From NCBI RefSeq assembly GCF_003367075.2, contig NZ_CP065936.1:1710001-1742000 (forward strand): a DNA stretch of 32,000 bases, read 5' to 3'. Below are positions 1 to 8,970 of the stretch, piece by piece; within the stretch, counting starts at the first letter, position 1; the number at the start of each line of letters is the position of its first letter. A model generated the notes under the pieces. The model ran no database searches and was not told the origin of the DNA. It saw only the letters and a list, made by a program, of their open reading frames with translations. The stretch comes from Cylindrospermopsis raciborskii Cr2010 (GTDB taxonomy: Bacteria > Cyanobacteriota > Cyanobacteriia > Cyanobacteriales > Nostocaceae). The position numbers and the translations under genes are program-made.

Positions 1-629
1 ATCTCCGGTATGGCATAGTGTCCTCGCATATTCGCCTTTATTTCTTTGTATCTTTTTCTCTCTAAATGATATACCTCTAGTGTACCCTTAAACCCATTAA
101 ATATGGCATAATATGGTATCTTTACCGCTTGTTCATACACCCAAAACTTCCCCGCTTTTTTTAGTTTCCCGGTTTCTGGATCTATTTCATCCCCTTCTGG
201 TGGAGGGGAACTGTCTTTTTCCTCCTTTCCATTTTTAGACGCGAATTCTATCACTATGAAGGGAGGTACTTTTTCCTTCCATAGCACATATGACCTTCTC
301 AATTGCCCATTTAGTCTGGATGGCACTCCGGGAACATAGAACCAGTCTGGTGCTTCTACCCCTTTTTCTGGAGGATCTGTGAATCGCCAATATATGCCAC
401 TATCCTGTCCTATACAATAGTCTCCGTTGGGATGGATTTTTTTCAGTAATGGTTCAATTGATGTGGTTAATATTATGCTTTGTGGGTGTTCTTGGAAATT
501 TTTCACAAAATCGTCATCGGAGTCCGGTAACTGGGTATGGTCTGGTAGGTCCAGGGGTTCCTCAGGGAGGGTTACATTTTGGGTGGTGGTTGAAGATTGG
601 GGCACGGTAAGAGGGGGTACGGGGTTCAT
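1..629 (-). CDS. Uma2/DUF820-family restriction-endonuclease-like protein, tandem copy 1 (3' part cut by window edge)
   Basis: ATG (CAT at 627-629) opens an uninterrupted - strand frame to position 1. It is near-identical to the ORF at 757-1677, including 'PDWFYVPGVPSRL...RRSYVLWKEKVPPFIVIEFAS...KFWVYEQ'. It is not in the ORF track because it has no stop inside the window. Confidence 0.85.
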   Translation of the reverse strand, partial: MNPVPPLTVPQSSTTTQNVTLPEEPLDLPDHTQLPDSDDDFVKNFQEHPQSIILTTSIEPLLKKIHPNGDYCIGQDSGIYWRFTDPPEKGVEAPDWFYVPGVPSRLNGQLRRSYVLWKEKVPPFIVIEFASKNGKEEKDSSPPPEGDEIDPETGKLKKAGKFWVYEQAVKIPYYAIFNGFKGTLEVYHLERKRYKEIKANMRGHYAIPE

Positions 630-756
630 TTTTGCCCTCAGCTAGGGGGATTTAACCTAATTTTAGCAACTGTTTTTGGTTTCGTGTTGTTTTTTTTGAC
701 CGGTGAAATATCTGATAGTTTAGAACCCAACCCGCATTATATTTAGCATAAGGATT

Positions 757-1677
757 TTATATTTTCTCCGGGTCAATCCCAAGAGAACGTAGATAAGCAG
801 CTAGTTTTTCTTTTTGTTGGCGCTCCTGAGATGCGATAGTTTCTGCTTGCTCTCTAGCCAGACGCTCCTGAGATGCGATAGTTTCTGCTTGCTCTTTAGC
901 CAGACGCTCACGAATAGCGATCGCTTCCGCTTGTTCCGCAAGCTCATTTCCTGTCAATAAGAGATTCCCCTTATTATCCCACCATCTTAACCACTGTGTG
1001 GGTGGTTTCTGGTTGTCATACAGTATTCCCAATTCTATACCCATCTCCGGTATGGCATAGTGTCCTCGCCTATTCGCCTTTATTTCTTTGTATCTTTTTC
1101 TCTCTAAATGATATACCTCTAGTGTACCCTTAAAACCATTAAATATGGCATAATATGGTATTTTTACCGCTTGTTCGTACACCCAAAACTTCCCCGCTTT
1201 TTTTAGTTTCCCGGTTTCTGGATCTATTTCATCCCCTTCTGGTGGAGGGGAACTGTCTTTTTCCTCCTTTCCATTTTTAGACGCAAATTCTATCACTATG
1301 AAGGGAGGTACTTTTTCCTTCCATAGCACATATGACCTTCTCAATTGCCCATTTAGCCTGGATGGTACTCCGGGAACATAGAACCAGTCTGGTGCTTCTA
1401 CCCCTTTTTCTGGAGGTTCTGTGAATCGCCAATATATGCCACTATCCTGTCCTATACAATAGTCTCCGTTGGGATGGATTTTTTTCAGTAATGGTTCAAT
1501 TGATGTGGTTAATATTATGCTTTGCGGGTGTTCTTGGAAATTTTTCACAAAATCGTCATTGGAGTCCGGTAACTGGGTATGGTCTGGTAGGTCCAGGGGT
1601 TCCTCAGGGAGGGAAGTGGTTACATTTTGGGTGGTGGTTGAAGATTGGGGCACGGTAAGAGGGGGTACGGGGTTCAT
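757..1677 (-). CDS. Uma2/DUF820-family restriction-endonuclease-like protein, tandem copy 2 (306 aa)
   Basis: ORF; motifs 'PDWFYVPG', 'PPFIVIEFAS', 'GKFWVYEQAVKIPYYAIF', 'GHYAIPEMGIELGI', 'WLRWWDNKGNLLLTGNE', then a charged coiled-coil tail typical of cyanobacterial Uma2 proteins. Confidence 0.85.
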   Translation of the reverse strand: MNPVPPLTVPQSSTTTQNVTTSLPEEPLDLPDHTQLPDSNDDFVKNFQEHPQSIILTTSIEPLLKKIHPNGDYCIGQDSGIYWRFTEPPEKGVEAPDWFYVPGVPSRLNGQLRRSYVLWKEKVPPFIVIEFASKNGKEEKDSSPPPEGDEIDPETGKLKKAGKFWVYEQAVKIPYYAIFNGFKGTLEVYHLERKRYKEIKANRRGHYAIPEMGIELGILYDNQKPPTQWLRWWDNKGNLLLTGNELAEQAEAIAIRERLAKEQAETIASQERLAREQAETIASQERQQKEKLAAYLRSLGIDPEKI

Positions 1678-1804
1678 TTTTGCCCTCAGCTAAGGGGATT
1701 TAACCTAATTTTAGCAACTATTTTTGGTTTCGTGTTGTTTTTTTTGACCGGGGAAATATCTGATAGTTTGGAACCCAACCCGCATTATATTTAGCATAAG
1801 GATT

Positions 1805-2893
1805 TTATATTTTCTCTGGGTCAATCCCAAGGGAACGTAGATAAGCAGCTAGTTTTTCTTTTTGTTGGCGCTCCTGTTCTTTAGCTTCTCGTTCCTGTTC
1901 TTTAGCTTCTCGTTCCTGTTCTTTAGCCATGCGTTCCTGAGATGCAATAGTTTCTGCTCGCTCTTTAGCTTCTCGTTCCTGTTCTTTAGCCATGCGTTCT
2001 TGAGATGCAATAGTTTCTGCTCGCTCTTTAGCTAGACGCTCTTGAGATGCAATAGTTTCTGCTTGCTCTCTAGCCAGACGCTCTTGAGATGCGATAGTTT
2101 CTGCTTGCTCTTTAGCCAGACGCTCACGAATAGCGATCGCTTCCGCTTGTTCCGCAAGCTCATTTCCTGTCAATAAGAGATTCCCCTTATTATCCCACCA
2201 TCTTAACCACGGTGTGGGTGGTTTCTGGTTGTCATACAGTATTCCCAATTCTATACCCATCTCCGGTATGGCATAGTGTCCTCGCCTATTCGCCTTTATT
2301 TCTTTGTATCTTTTTCTCTCTAAATGATATACCTCTAGTGTACCCTTAAAACCATTAAATATGGCATAATATGGTATCTTTACCGCTTGTTCATACACCC
2401 AAAACTTCCCCGCTTTTTTTAGTTTCCCGGTTTCTGGATCTATTTCATCCCCTTCTGGTGGAGGGGAACTGTCTTTTTCCTCCTTTCCATTTTTAGACGC
2501 AAATTCTATCACTATGAAGGGAGGTACTTTTTCCTTCCATAGCACATATGACCTTCTCAATTGCCCATTTAGCCTGGATGGTACTCCGGGAACATAGAAC
2601 CAGTCTGGTGCTTCTACCCCTTTTTCTGGAGGTTCTGTGAATCGCCAATATATGCCACTATCCTGTCCTATACAATAGTCTCCGTTGGGATGGATTTTTT
2701 TCAGTAATGGTTCAATTGATGTGGTTAATATTATGCTTTGCGGGTGTTCTTGGAAATTTTTCACAAAATCGTCATTGGAGTCCGGTAACTGGGTATGGTC
2801 TGGTAGGTCCAGGGGTTCCTCAGGGAGGGAAGTGGTTACATTTTGGGTGGTGGTTGAAGATTGGGGCACGGTAAGAGGGGGTACGGGGTTCAT
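1805..2893 (-). CDS. Uma2/DUF820-family restriction-endonuclease-like protein, tandem copy 3 (362 aa, longest tail)
   Basis: ORF near-identical to copy 2, with an expanded 14-aa/7-aa repeat tail (RLAKERAETIASQE / EREAKEQ). Confidence 0.85.
   Translation of the reverse strand: MNPVPPLTVPQSSTTTQNVTTSLPEEPLDLPDHTQLPDSNDDFVKNFQEHPQSIILTTSIEPLLKKIHPNGDYCIGQDSGIYWRFTEPPEKGVEAPDWFYVPGVPSRLNGQLRRSYVLWKEKVPPFIVIEFASKNGKEEKDSSPPPEGDEIDPETGKLKKAGKFWVYEQAVKIPYYAIFNGFKGTLEVYHLERKRYKEIKANRRGHYAIPEMGIELGILYDNQKPPTPWLRWWDNKGNLLLTGNELAEQAEAIAIRERLAKEQAETIASQERLAREQAETIASQERLAKERAETIASQERMAKEQEREAKERAETIASQERMAKEQEREAKEQEREAKEQERQQKEKLAAYLRSLGIDPEKI
1871..2140 (-). repeat. Coding minisatellite, 42-bp units (14 aa, RLAKEQAETIASQE-type) mixed with 21-bp heptad units, in copy 3; equivalent arrays at ~823-930, ~3087-3310 and ~4261-4345
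   Basis: Protein repeats are directly readable. Length differences between copies 2, 3 and 4 are 56, 42 and 14 aa, all multiples of 14. Confidence 0.9.
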
Positions 2894-3020
2894 TTTTGCC
2901 CTCAGCTAAGGGGATTTAACCTAATTTTAGCAACTATTTTTGGTTTCGTGTTGTTTTTTTTGACCGGGGAAATATCTGATAGTTTGGAACCCAACCCGCA
3001 TTATATTTAGCATAAGGATT

Positions 3021-4067
3021 TTATATTTTCTCTGGGTCAATCCCAAGGGAACGTAGATAAGCAGCTAGTTTTTCTTTTTGTTGGCGCTCCTGTTCTTTAG
3101 CTTCTCGTTCCTGTTCTTTAGCCATGCGTTCCTGAGATGCAATAGTTTCTGCTCGCTCTTTAGCTAGACGCTCTTGAGATGCAATAGTTTCTGCTCGCTC
3201 TTTAGCTAGACGCTCTTGAGATGCAATAGTTTCTGCTTGCTCTCTAGCCAGACGCTCTTGAGATGCGATAGTTTCTGCTTGCTCTTTAGCCAGACGCTCA
3301 CGAATAGCGATCGCTTCCGCTTGTTCCGCAAGCTCATTTCCTGTCAATAAGAGATTCCCCTTATTATCCCACCATCTTAACCACGGTGTGGGTGGTTTCT
3401 GGTTGTCATACAGTATTCCCAATTCTATACCCATCTCCGGTATGGCATAGTGTCCTCGCCTATTCGCCTTTATTTCTTTGTATCTTTTTCTCTCTAAATG
3501 ATATACCTCTAGTGTACCCTTAAAACCATTAAATATGGCATAATATGGTATTTTTACCGCTTGTTCGTACACCCAAAACTTCCCCGCTTTTTTTAGTTTC
3601 CCGGTTTCTGGATCTATTTCATCCCCTTCTGGTGGAGGGGAACTGTCTTTTTCCTCCTTTCCATTTTTAGACGCAAATTCTATCACTATGAAGGGAGGTA
3701 CTTTTTCCTTCCATAGCACATATGACCTTCTCAATTGCCCATTTAGCCTGGATGGTACTCCGGGAACATAGAACCAGTCTGGTGCTTCTACCCCTTTTTC
3801 TGGAGGTTCTGTGAATCGCCAATATATGCCACTATCCTGTCCTATACAATAGTCTCCGTTGGGATGGATTTTTTTCAGTAATGGTTCAATTGATGTGGTT
3901 AATATTATGCTTTGTGGGTGTTCTTGGAAATTTTTCACAAAATCGTCATTGGAGTCCGGTAACTGGGTATGGTCTGGTAGGTCCAGGGGTTCCTCAGGGA
4001 GGGAAGTGGTTACATTTTGGGTGGTGGTTGAAGATTGGGGCACGGTAAGAGGGGGTACGGGGTTCAT
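3021..4067 (-). CDS. Uma2/DUF820-family restriction-endonuclease-like protein, tandem copy 4 (348 aa)
   Basis: ORF near-identical to copies 2 and 3; tail shorter than copy 3 by exactly 14 aa. Confidence 0.85.
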   Translation of the reverse strand: MNPVPPLTVPQSSTTTQNVTTSLPEEPLDLPDHTQLPDSNDDFVKNFQEHPQSIILTTSIEPLLKKIHPNGDYCIGQDSGIYWRFTEPPEKGVEAPDWFYVPGVPSRLNGQLRRSYVLWKEKVPPFIVIEFASKNGKEEKDSSPPPEGDEIDPETGKLKKAGKFWVYEQAVKIPYYAIFNGFKGTLEVYHLERKRYKEIKANRRGHYAIPEMGIELGILYDNQKPPTPWLRWWDNKGNLLLTGNELAEQAEAIAIRERLAKEQAETIASQERLAREQAETIASQERLAKERAETIASQERLAKERAETIASQERMAKEQEREAKEQERQQKEKLAAYLRSLGIDPEKI

Positions 4068-4194
4068 TTTTGCCCTCAGCTAAGGGGATTTAACCTAATT
4101 TTAGCAACTGTTTTTGGTTTCGTGTTGTTTTTTTTGACCGGGGAAATATCTGATAGTTTGGAACCCAACCCGCATTATATTTAGCATAAGGATT

Positions 4195-5079
4195 TTATAT
4201 TTTCTTCGGGTCAATCCCAAGGGAACGTAGATAAGCAGCTAGTTTTTCTTTTTGTTGGCGCTCCTGTTCTTTAGCTTCTCGTTCCTGAGACGCGATCGCT
4301 TCTGCTCGCTCTTTAGCTTCTCGTTCCTGTTCTTTAGCTAGACGCTCACGAATAGCGATAACTTCCGCTTGTTCTGCACGCTCATTTCCTGTCAATAACA
4401 AGTCCCCCTTATTATCCCACCATCTTAACCACGGTGTGGGTGGTTTCTGGTTGTCATACAGTATTCCCAATTCTATGCCCATCTCCGGTATGGCATAGTG
4501 TCCTCGCCTATTCGCCTTTATTTCTTTGTATCTTTTTCTCTCTAAATGATATACCTCTAGTGTACCCTTAAAACCATTAAATATGGCATAATATGGTATT
4601 TTTACCGCTTGTTCGTACACCCAAAACTTCCCCGCTTTTTTTAGTTTCCCGGTTTCTGGATCTATTTCATCCCCTTCTGGTGGAGGAGAACTGTCTTTTT
4701 CCTCCTTTCCATTTTTAGACGCAAATTCTATCACTATGAAGGGAGGTACTTTTTCCTTCCATAGCACATAAGACCTTCTCAATTGCCCATTTAGTCTGGA
4801 TGGCACTCCGGGAACATAGAACCAGTCTGGTGCTTCTACCCCTTTTTCTGGAGGTTCTGTGAATCGCCAATATATGCCACTATCCTGTCCTATACAATAG
4901 TCTCCATTGGGATGGATTTTTTTCAGTAATGGTTCAATTGATGTGGTTAATATTATGCTTTGCGGGTGTTCTTGGAAATTTTTCACAAAATTGTCATCAG
5001 AGTCTGGTAACTGGGTATGGTCTGGTAGGTTGAAAGGTTCCCTAGGGGGAGTTACATTTTGGGTTGAAGGTTGGGACAC
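4195..5079 (-). CDS. Uma2/DUF820-family restriction-endonuclease-like protein, tandem copy 5 (294 aa, most divergent N-terminus)
   Basis: ORF with the same core; N-terminus 'MSQPSTQNVTPPREPFNLPDHTQ' differs from 'MNPVPPLTVPQSSTTTQNV...' in the others. Confidence 0.85.
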   Translation of the reverse strand: MSQPSTQNVTPPREPFNLPDHTQLPDSDDNFVKNFQEHPQSIILTTSIEPLLKKIHPNGDYCIGQDSGIYWRFTEPPEKGVEAPDWFYVPGVPSRLNGQLRRSYVLWKEKVPPFIVIEFASKNGKEEKDSSPPPEGDEIDPETGKLKKAGKFWVYEQAVKIPYYAIFNGFKGTLEVYHLERKRYKEIKANRRGHYAIPEMGIELGILYDNQKPPTPWLRWWDNKGDLLLTGNERAEQAEVIAIRERLAKEQEREAKERAEAIASQEREAKEQERQQKEKLAAYLRSLGIDPKKI

Positions 5080-5324
5080 GGTTGGTAAGAGGGGGTTTTC
5101 CCCTCAGCTCAGGGGGATTTAACCTAATTTTAGCAACTTTTTTTAGTTTGGTAATCAGGGGATCTCATTGATCTTCGGGGGTTGGGTTGAGAAAACCCAG
5201 CCTACAAAGGGGGCTGAAATGTCTTTATCAAGATTAGAACGGACGATTGCGAAGCACTCCCTAGGAGAGATCCCACGGTGTTCAGATTTTAAAAACTATA
5301 TATAAAAACTATATATTAATTTTT

Positions 5325-6731
5325 CTAATCTTTCTGAATCGCATAGCATAAGCTACCAATAAACCATCCTGAATGCTGAGGACTTTTGGCAATTTCGGAT
5401 TGCATAGTTTCCGTTCTAACTTTTAGGGCGGTAAAAAATTCTTGTAAATTATAGGTTTTGGAACCGTCTTCCTCTCCGGTTCTGGTTTGCCAATCCCATT
5501 CTTTCCACCAATTGGGAACCGCTAAGGAAGGAGTATTTAGATCAAACTGTAAGTTATAAATACCCGGTTCAGATAATTTATCAGGTTGGATCACTGCTGC
5601 AAATTTGGCTTGATTTTCTTTGGGCAGAATTTGCCAATCTTTTAATTCTATGGCTGAAATTATTTCTGAATTGCTATCTACCTCTACAAACTTACGATTA
5701 AACCTATCTAACTTTTTACCTTTTATCTGGGCTTGAATCATACTTAGATCTACCAGTAAACTATATTCTGAATGGAGTAAATTCACTGTATAGTTAATGG
5801 TTGAACTCTGCTTTAAAGAAGAATTCAATTTTAGCATTTCCTGGTTGCCTTTGCTAACCGTAACCCCCTCCTTCGCTAGGGCAAAAACTTCAGTAATCCC
5901 CTGTGGTAAGGATATGGGTGTCCCATCTAAAACAGAGATTTTATCCAATACATGATCGGGATGAAAGATCATTAAGTTGCTGTTATCACTATTTAGTAAA
6001 TCCTGGTTTGTATTGTATTTTTTGAGCTGACTAAAGTAGTGCTTAATATCCCCATAGGGTCCGATAAATAATACATAAAATGGACGAAACTTTGCTGGTT
6101 CTTGACCTGTGCTGTAGTTAAAACTTCTTGGATTGTTACCTTCTAAATAAATCTTACCATCAAAGTCACTTTTAATAGCCCAAATTCCTACCGCATAATC
6201 TCGATTCTCAATATTATAATAAGTGTCATTAATTACTTTATTTAGTTTGGTTACGTCTCCACTATTTTGCTGCAAATCAGTAATAATGACAGTCATTTTT
6301 TTCTGCTCCTTTTCTGGGGGAACAATAGCAGCATCTATGGGACTGGAAACTTCTGGAAACTGGTTACTACTGCCATCATAAAATACGGAACTAATTCCAG
6401 AATTGTAGTATTCACTACTGGTAATTTTTTGCATGGGACTACCAATTCGATAATATTCAACTGGTAATTTATCACTTAACTCAAATACATTTCTGATAGA
6501 TCTAAGAGTCTTAACATAATTGGTTTCTCCGCCCTTCACATATCCTAACATGGAGCCACTACCATCTAGGTAAATGCTCACATTGAGATTATTTGATTTA
6601 CTAGTATTAGTATTCTCCACAGGAGTATGGGGAAGTTCGCATTTTAGCTCTTCTTCCTTGTTACAAGCTACTATAAAAAGACTAAGTAACAAGACAATCA
6701 AGCCTTTGCGGAAGTATACTTTGTGTATCAT
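5325..6731 (-). CDS. vWA (von Willebrand A)-domain lipoprotein, 468 aa
   Basis: N-terminal hydrophobic segment with lipobox-like 'LFIVAC'; MIDAS motif DxSxS in 'VSIYLDGSGSML' (6549-6566); 'KMTVIITDLQQNSGD'. Confidence 0.75.
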   Translation of the reverse strand: MIHKVYFRKGLIVLLLSLFIVACNKEEELKCELPHTPVENTNTSKSNNLNVSIYLDGSGSMLGYVKGGETNYVKTLRSIRNVFELSDKLPVEYYRIGSPMQKITSSEYYNSGISSVFYDGSSNQFPEVSSPIDAAIVPPEKEQKKMTVIITDLQQNSGDVTKLNKVINDTYYNIENRDYAVGIWAIKSDFDGKIYLEGNNPRSFNYSTGQEPAKFRPFYVLFIGPYGDIKHYFSQLKKYNTNQDLLNSDNSNLMIFHPDHVLDKISVLDGTPISLPQGITEVFALAKEGVTVSKGNQEMLKLNSSLKQSSTINYTVNLLHSEYSLLVDLSMIQAQIKGKKLDRFNRKFVEVDSNSEIISAIELKDWQILPKENQAKFAAVIQPDKLSEPGIYNLQFDLNTPSLAVPNWWKEWDWQTRTGEEDGSKTYNLQEFFTALKVRTETMQSEIAKSPQHSGWFIGSLCYAIQKD

Positions 6732-6933
6732 TTTTAACTCCTATTTGTCAAAACTATTTTATTACTAATTCTATTCTGTCAGCAATATTATTACTGATTA
6801 TAAAATAATATTAAGTAACTTTACCACCAGTTCTATTGCAAATCATAGAGTAGTATGTTAGCATAAGGAAAAATAACCATACTGAGTTTCAACCAAACGA
6901 CAACAGGAACACTACAAAAAATAAGGGGGGTCA
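6732..6933. promoter_or_regulatory. Divergent intergenic region between the vWA lipoprotein and the tubulin/actin-like operon, likely carrying promoters for both
   Basis: ~200-bp AT-rich gap between divergently oriented genes; no specific promoter boxes assigned. Confidence 0.5.
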
Positions 6934-7407
6934 ATGAGATCGAGGGAAATGATTACAATTATTGTACTCTTCTTAGTTGGTGGCATAGCAATGTTTTGGG
7001 GACAAAAGCTGCTCTATGAGAATCAAATTGTACCTATTCAGCAAATACCAGTAGGTTCTTGGCTGGCTAGTGACTATAATACTGCCGCTATCGTCATGTT
7101 TCTTGCTTGTTTTATTCCAACAGTTATTTGGTGTGCACTAGCAGTTAGGAATCGCTTTAATGATGGAGCTGCTACACTTCGATGGAGATTACTGTGGTGG
7201 TTATTGGGGATAATACCAATGCTGACCATTGCGATCGCGGTTTTTTACATTAATCGGAGTAGCGAAGCCCAACTTTCACTGATTTTCTTTTTTCTGCTGG
7301 ATGCCATCTGGCTATACTGGTTACCAACAGCAACCAGTTCCCCGGAAGCGGTAAAATACATTCCACCTTTCGCCTTTTTCTTGCGTCATAAAATAATGGG
7401 AGACTGA
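6934..7407 (+). CDS. Small integral membrane protein, ~4 predicted TM segments (157 aa)
   Basis: ORF with hydrophobic stretches 'MITIIVLFLVGGIAMFWG', 'AAIVMFLACFIPTVIWCALAV', 'LLWWLLGIIPMLTIAIAVFYI', 'LSLIFFFLLDAIWLYWL'; ends 6 bp before the next gene. Confidence 0.7.
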   Translation: MRSREMITIIVLFLVGGIAMFWGQKLLYENQIVPIQQIPVGSWLASDYNTAAIVMFLACFIPTVIWCALAVRNRFNDGAATLRWRLLWWLLGIIPMLTIAIAVFYINRSSEAQLSLIFFFLLDAIWLYWLPTATSSPEAVKYIPPFAFFLRHKIMGD

Positions 7408-7413
7408 GGATAG

Positions 7414-8910
7414 ATGTCAACTTATATAATTGGAATTGGTGGTACTGGGGCTAAATCCATTGAAGCAATCATTCAATTAACCTCCATTGGGCTCTTTGGG
7501 GAAGAGTCCCTAAAGTTATTGTTTGTGGACACTGATGAAACCAATGGGAATGTCAACAGAGCTTTAGAGAGTTTAGACATATATAATAAATGTTATGAAC
7601 TGGGTTTACAAGGTAAACACCCGTGGATGAAAACAGCGATTCAATCCTTGCCTGTATGGTCACCATTTGCTGATAATGACAATGTTACCAACAAAAACCT
7701 GGCAGTTATTTTTAAATACAATCTGATTAAAGAAAATGATGCACCTCTAGGTAACTTGTTTGATGTACTTTATACATCAAAAGAGCGAGAAGCCAGCTTG
7801 GATGTGGGTTTTAGGGGAAGACCTAGCATTGGGGCGGCGGTGATGAGCCAAGTAAGAATGGATACTGCTGATAATGGTTTTTGGGGAAATTTGATGGGGC
7901 AAATTCAACGGGATGCTGGGGGAGGAAGGCGACCAAAAATCTTTTTATGTGGTTCAATTTTTGGCGGAACAGGAGCTTCAGGACTACCAACCATTGGCAG
8001 ATTAATTCATAATAGACTGGAAACACTAAAAATTAGGGATAACGTAGATTTAGGTTGTCTATTTGTCTTACCTTATTTCAGCTTTACGCCTGAAGAGAAT
8101 CCAGAGGAAGTTTATGCTCGTTCTGAACAGTTTCTTTTAAATACAGAGGCGGCACTCCGTTATTATGGCGGTCAACCTCAGGAAACATTTGACGTAGTCT
8201 ATCTATTGGGCAATCAACAATTATCCCCAGTTAGGAAATTTAGTATAGGTAAAAACACTCAATGTAATGATCCTCACTTTATTGAACTCTATGCTGCATT
8301 GGCTGGGAGAGAATTTTTATTAAACCCCCTAACGGGTGAAAAAAAAGTGGTGTTAATGAACCGAGAAAATCCAAAAATCCTAAACTGGGGGGATATTCCA
8401 GACGATGAGAAAGTACGTGCAGAAATGTTGAAAGCCACCCGTTTTGCCTTTGCTTGGTTATCTAATATTGCCCCAGAATTAAAAAAAGCTAAGGACCTGG
8501 GAGAAAAGGAATTTAGACATCGTGCTGGTACGAGTTGGTTTGTGAAATTCTTCCCAGCTCCCAGAGGAATTTTGGGGGGAGGTAATAAGTCAAATGTTGA
8601 TTTTAATGATGCTGAACAACAAAGAGCAATAGAAAAAATTACCGCTTGGTGTAAGGACTATTTGCGCTGGTTAGGGCATATTCATGAATCGCCAGGGGAA
8701 ACTATTCAATTATTTCACGGAGATCACCTTAGAAATTTGAACGATTATAATTTAGCAAATTTAATATTTGCACAGGCTGACCCTCGAGATAGAAATAAAA
8801 AATCTGAGGACACAATTCAGAAACTCAAAGAAAGTTTAAAACCTGAAAAAATAGACCCTCCAAATTTGGGAACTATTGGTCTAGCCAAATCTTTATATCA
8901 TGTTTGTTGA
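7414..8910 (+). CDS. Tubulin-like (Tubulin_2 / FtsZ-tubulin superfamily) protein, 498 aa
   Basis: N-terminal 'YIIGIGGTGAKSIEAI' (~7423-7470), 'FVDTDET', and the tubulin-signature-like loop 'GSIFGGTGASG' (7951-7983). Confidence 0.75.
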   Translation: MSTYIIGIGGTGAKSIEAIIQLTSIGLFGEESLKLLFVDTDETNGNVNRALESLDIYNKCYELGLQGKHPWMKTAIQSLPVWSPFADNDNVTNKNLAVIFKYNLIKENDAPLGNLFDVLYTSKEREASLDVGFRGRPSIGAAVMSQVRMDTADNGFWGNLMGQIQRDAGGGRRPKIFLCGSIFGGTGASGLPTIGRLIHNRLETLKIRDNVDLGCLFVLPYFSFTPEENPEEVYARSEQFLLNTEAALRYYGGQPQETFDVVYLLGNQQLSPVRKFSIGKNTQCNDPHFIELYAALAGREFLLNPLTGEKKVVLMNRENPKILNWGDIPDDEKVRAEMLKATRFAFAWLSNIAPELKKAKDLGEKEFRHRAGTSWFVKFFPAPRGILGGGNKSNVDFNDAEQQRAIEKITAWCKDYLRWLGHIHESPGETIQLFHGDHLRNLNDYNLANLIFAQADPRDRNKKSEDTIQKLKESLKPEKIDPPNLGTIGLAKSLYHVC

Positions 8911-8970
8911 TTAGATTCGCAGACTAAAAATGCTTGATTTAACATAATTCACAAGGTAAGTAATTTAGAT

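Larger units (their letters stand above)
1..5122 (-). repeat. Tandem gene array: >=5 direct repeats with spacing 1048, 1216, 1174 and 1012 bp between start codons
   Basis: Start codons at 629, 1677, 2893, 4067 and 5079. Each pair is separated by a conserved 127-bp spacer ('...ctgatagtt(t)ggaacccaacccgcattatatttagcataag...'). Confidence 0.95.

Noticed and set aside
1871-2140. Short regularly spaced repeats considered as a possible CRISPR array
   Set aside because: Units are directly contiguous 42/21-bp coding repeats in the Uma2-like frame with no unique spacers.
427-5122. Repeated + strand ORFs of 71-74 aa (MGWIFFSNGSIDVVNIMLCG...) in every array unit
   Set aside because: They are exactly antisense to the N-terminal half of the Uma2-like genes and repeat only because the gene repeats. 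No RBS or independent support, so treated as shadow ORFs.
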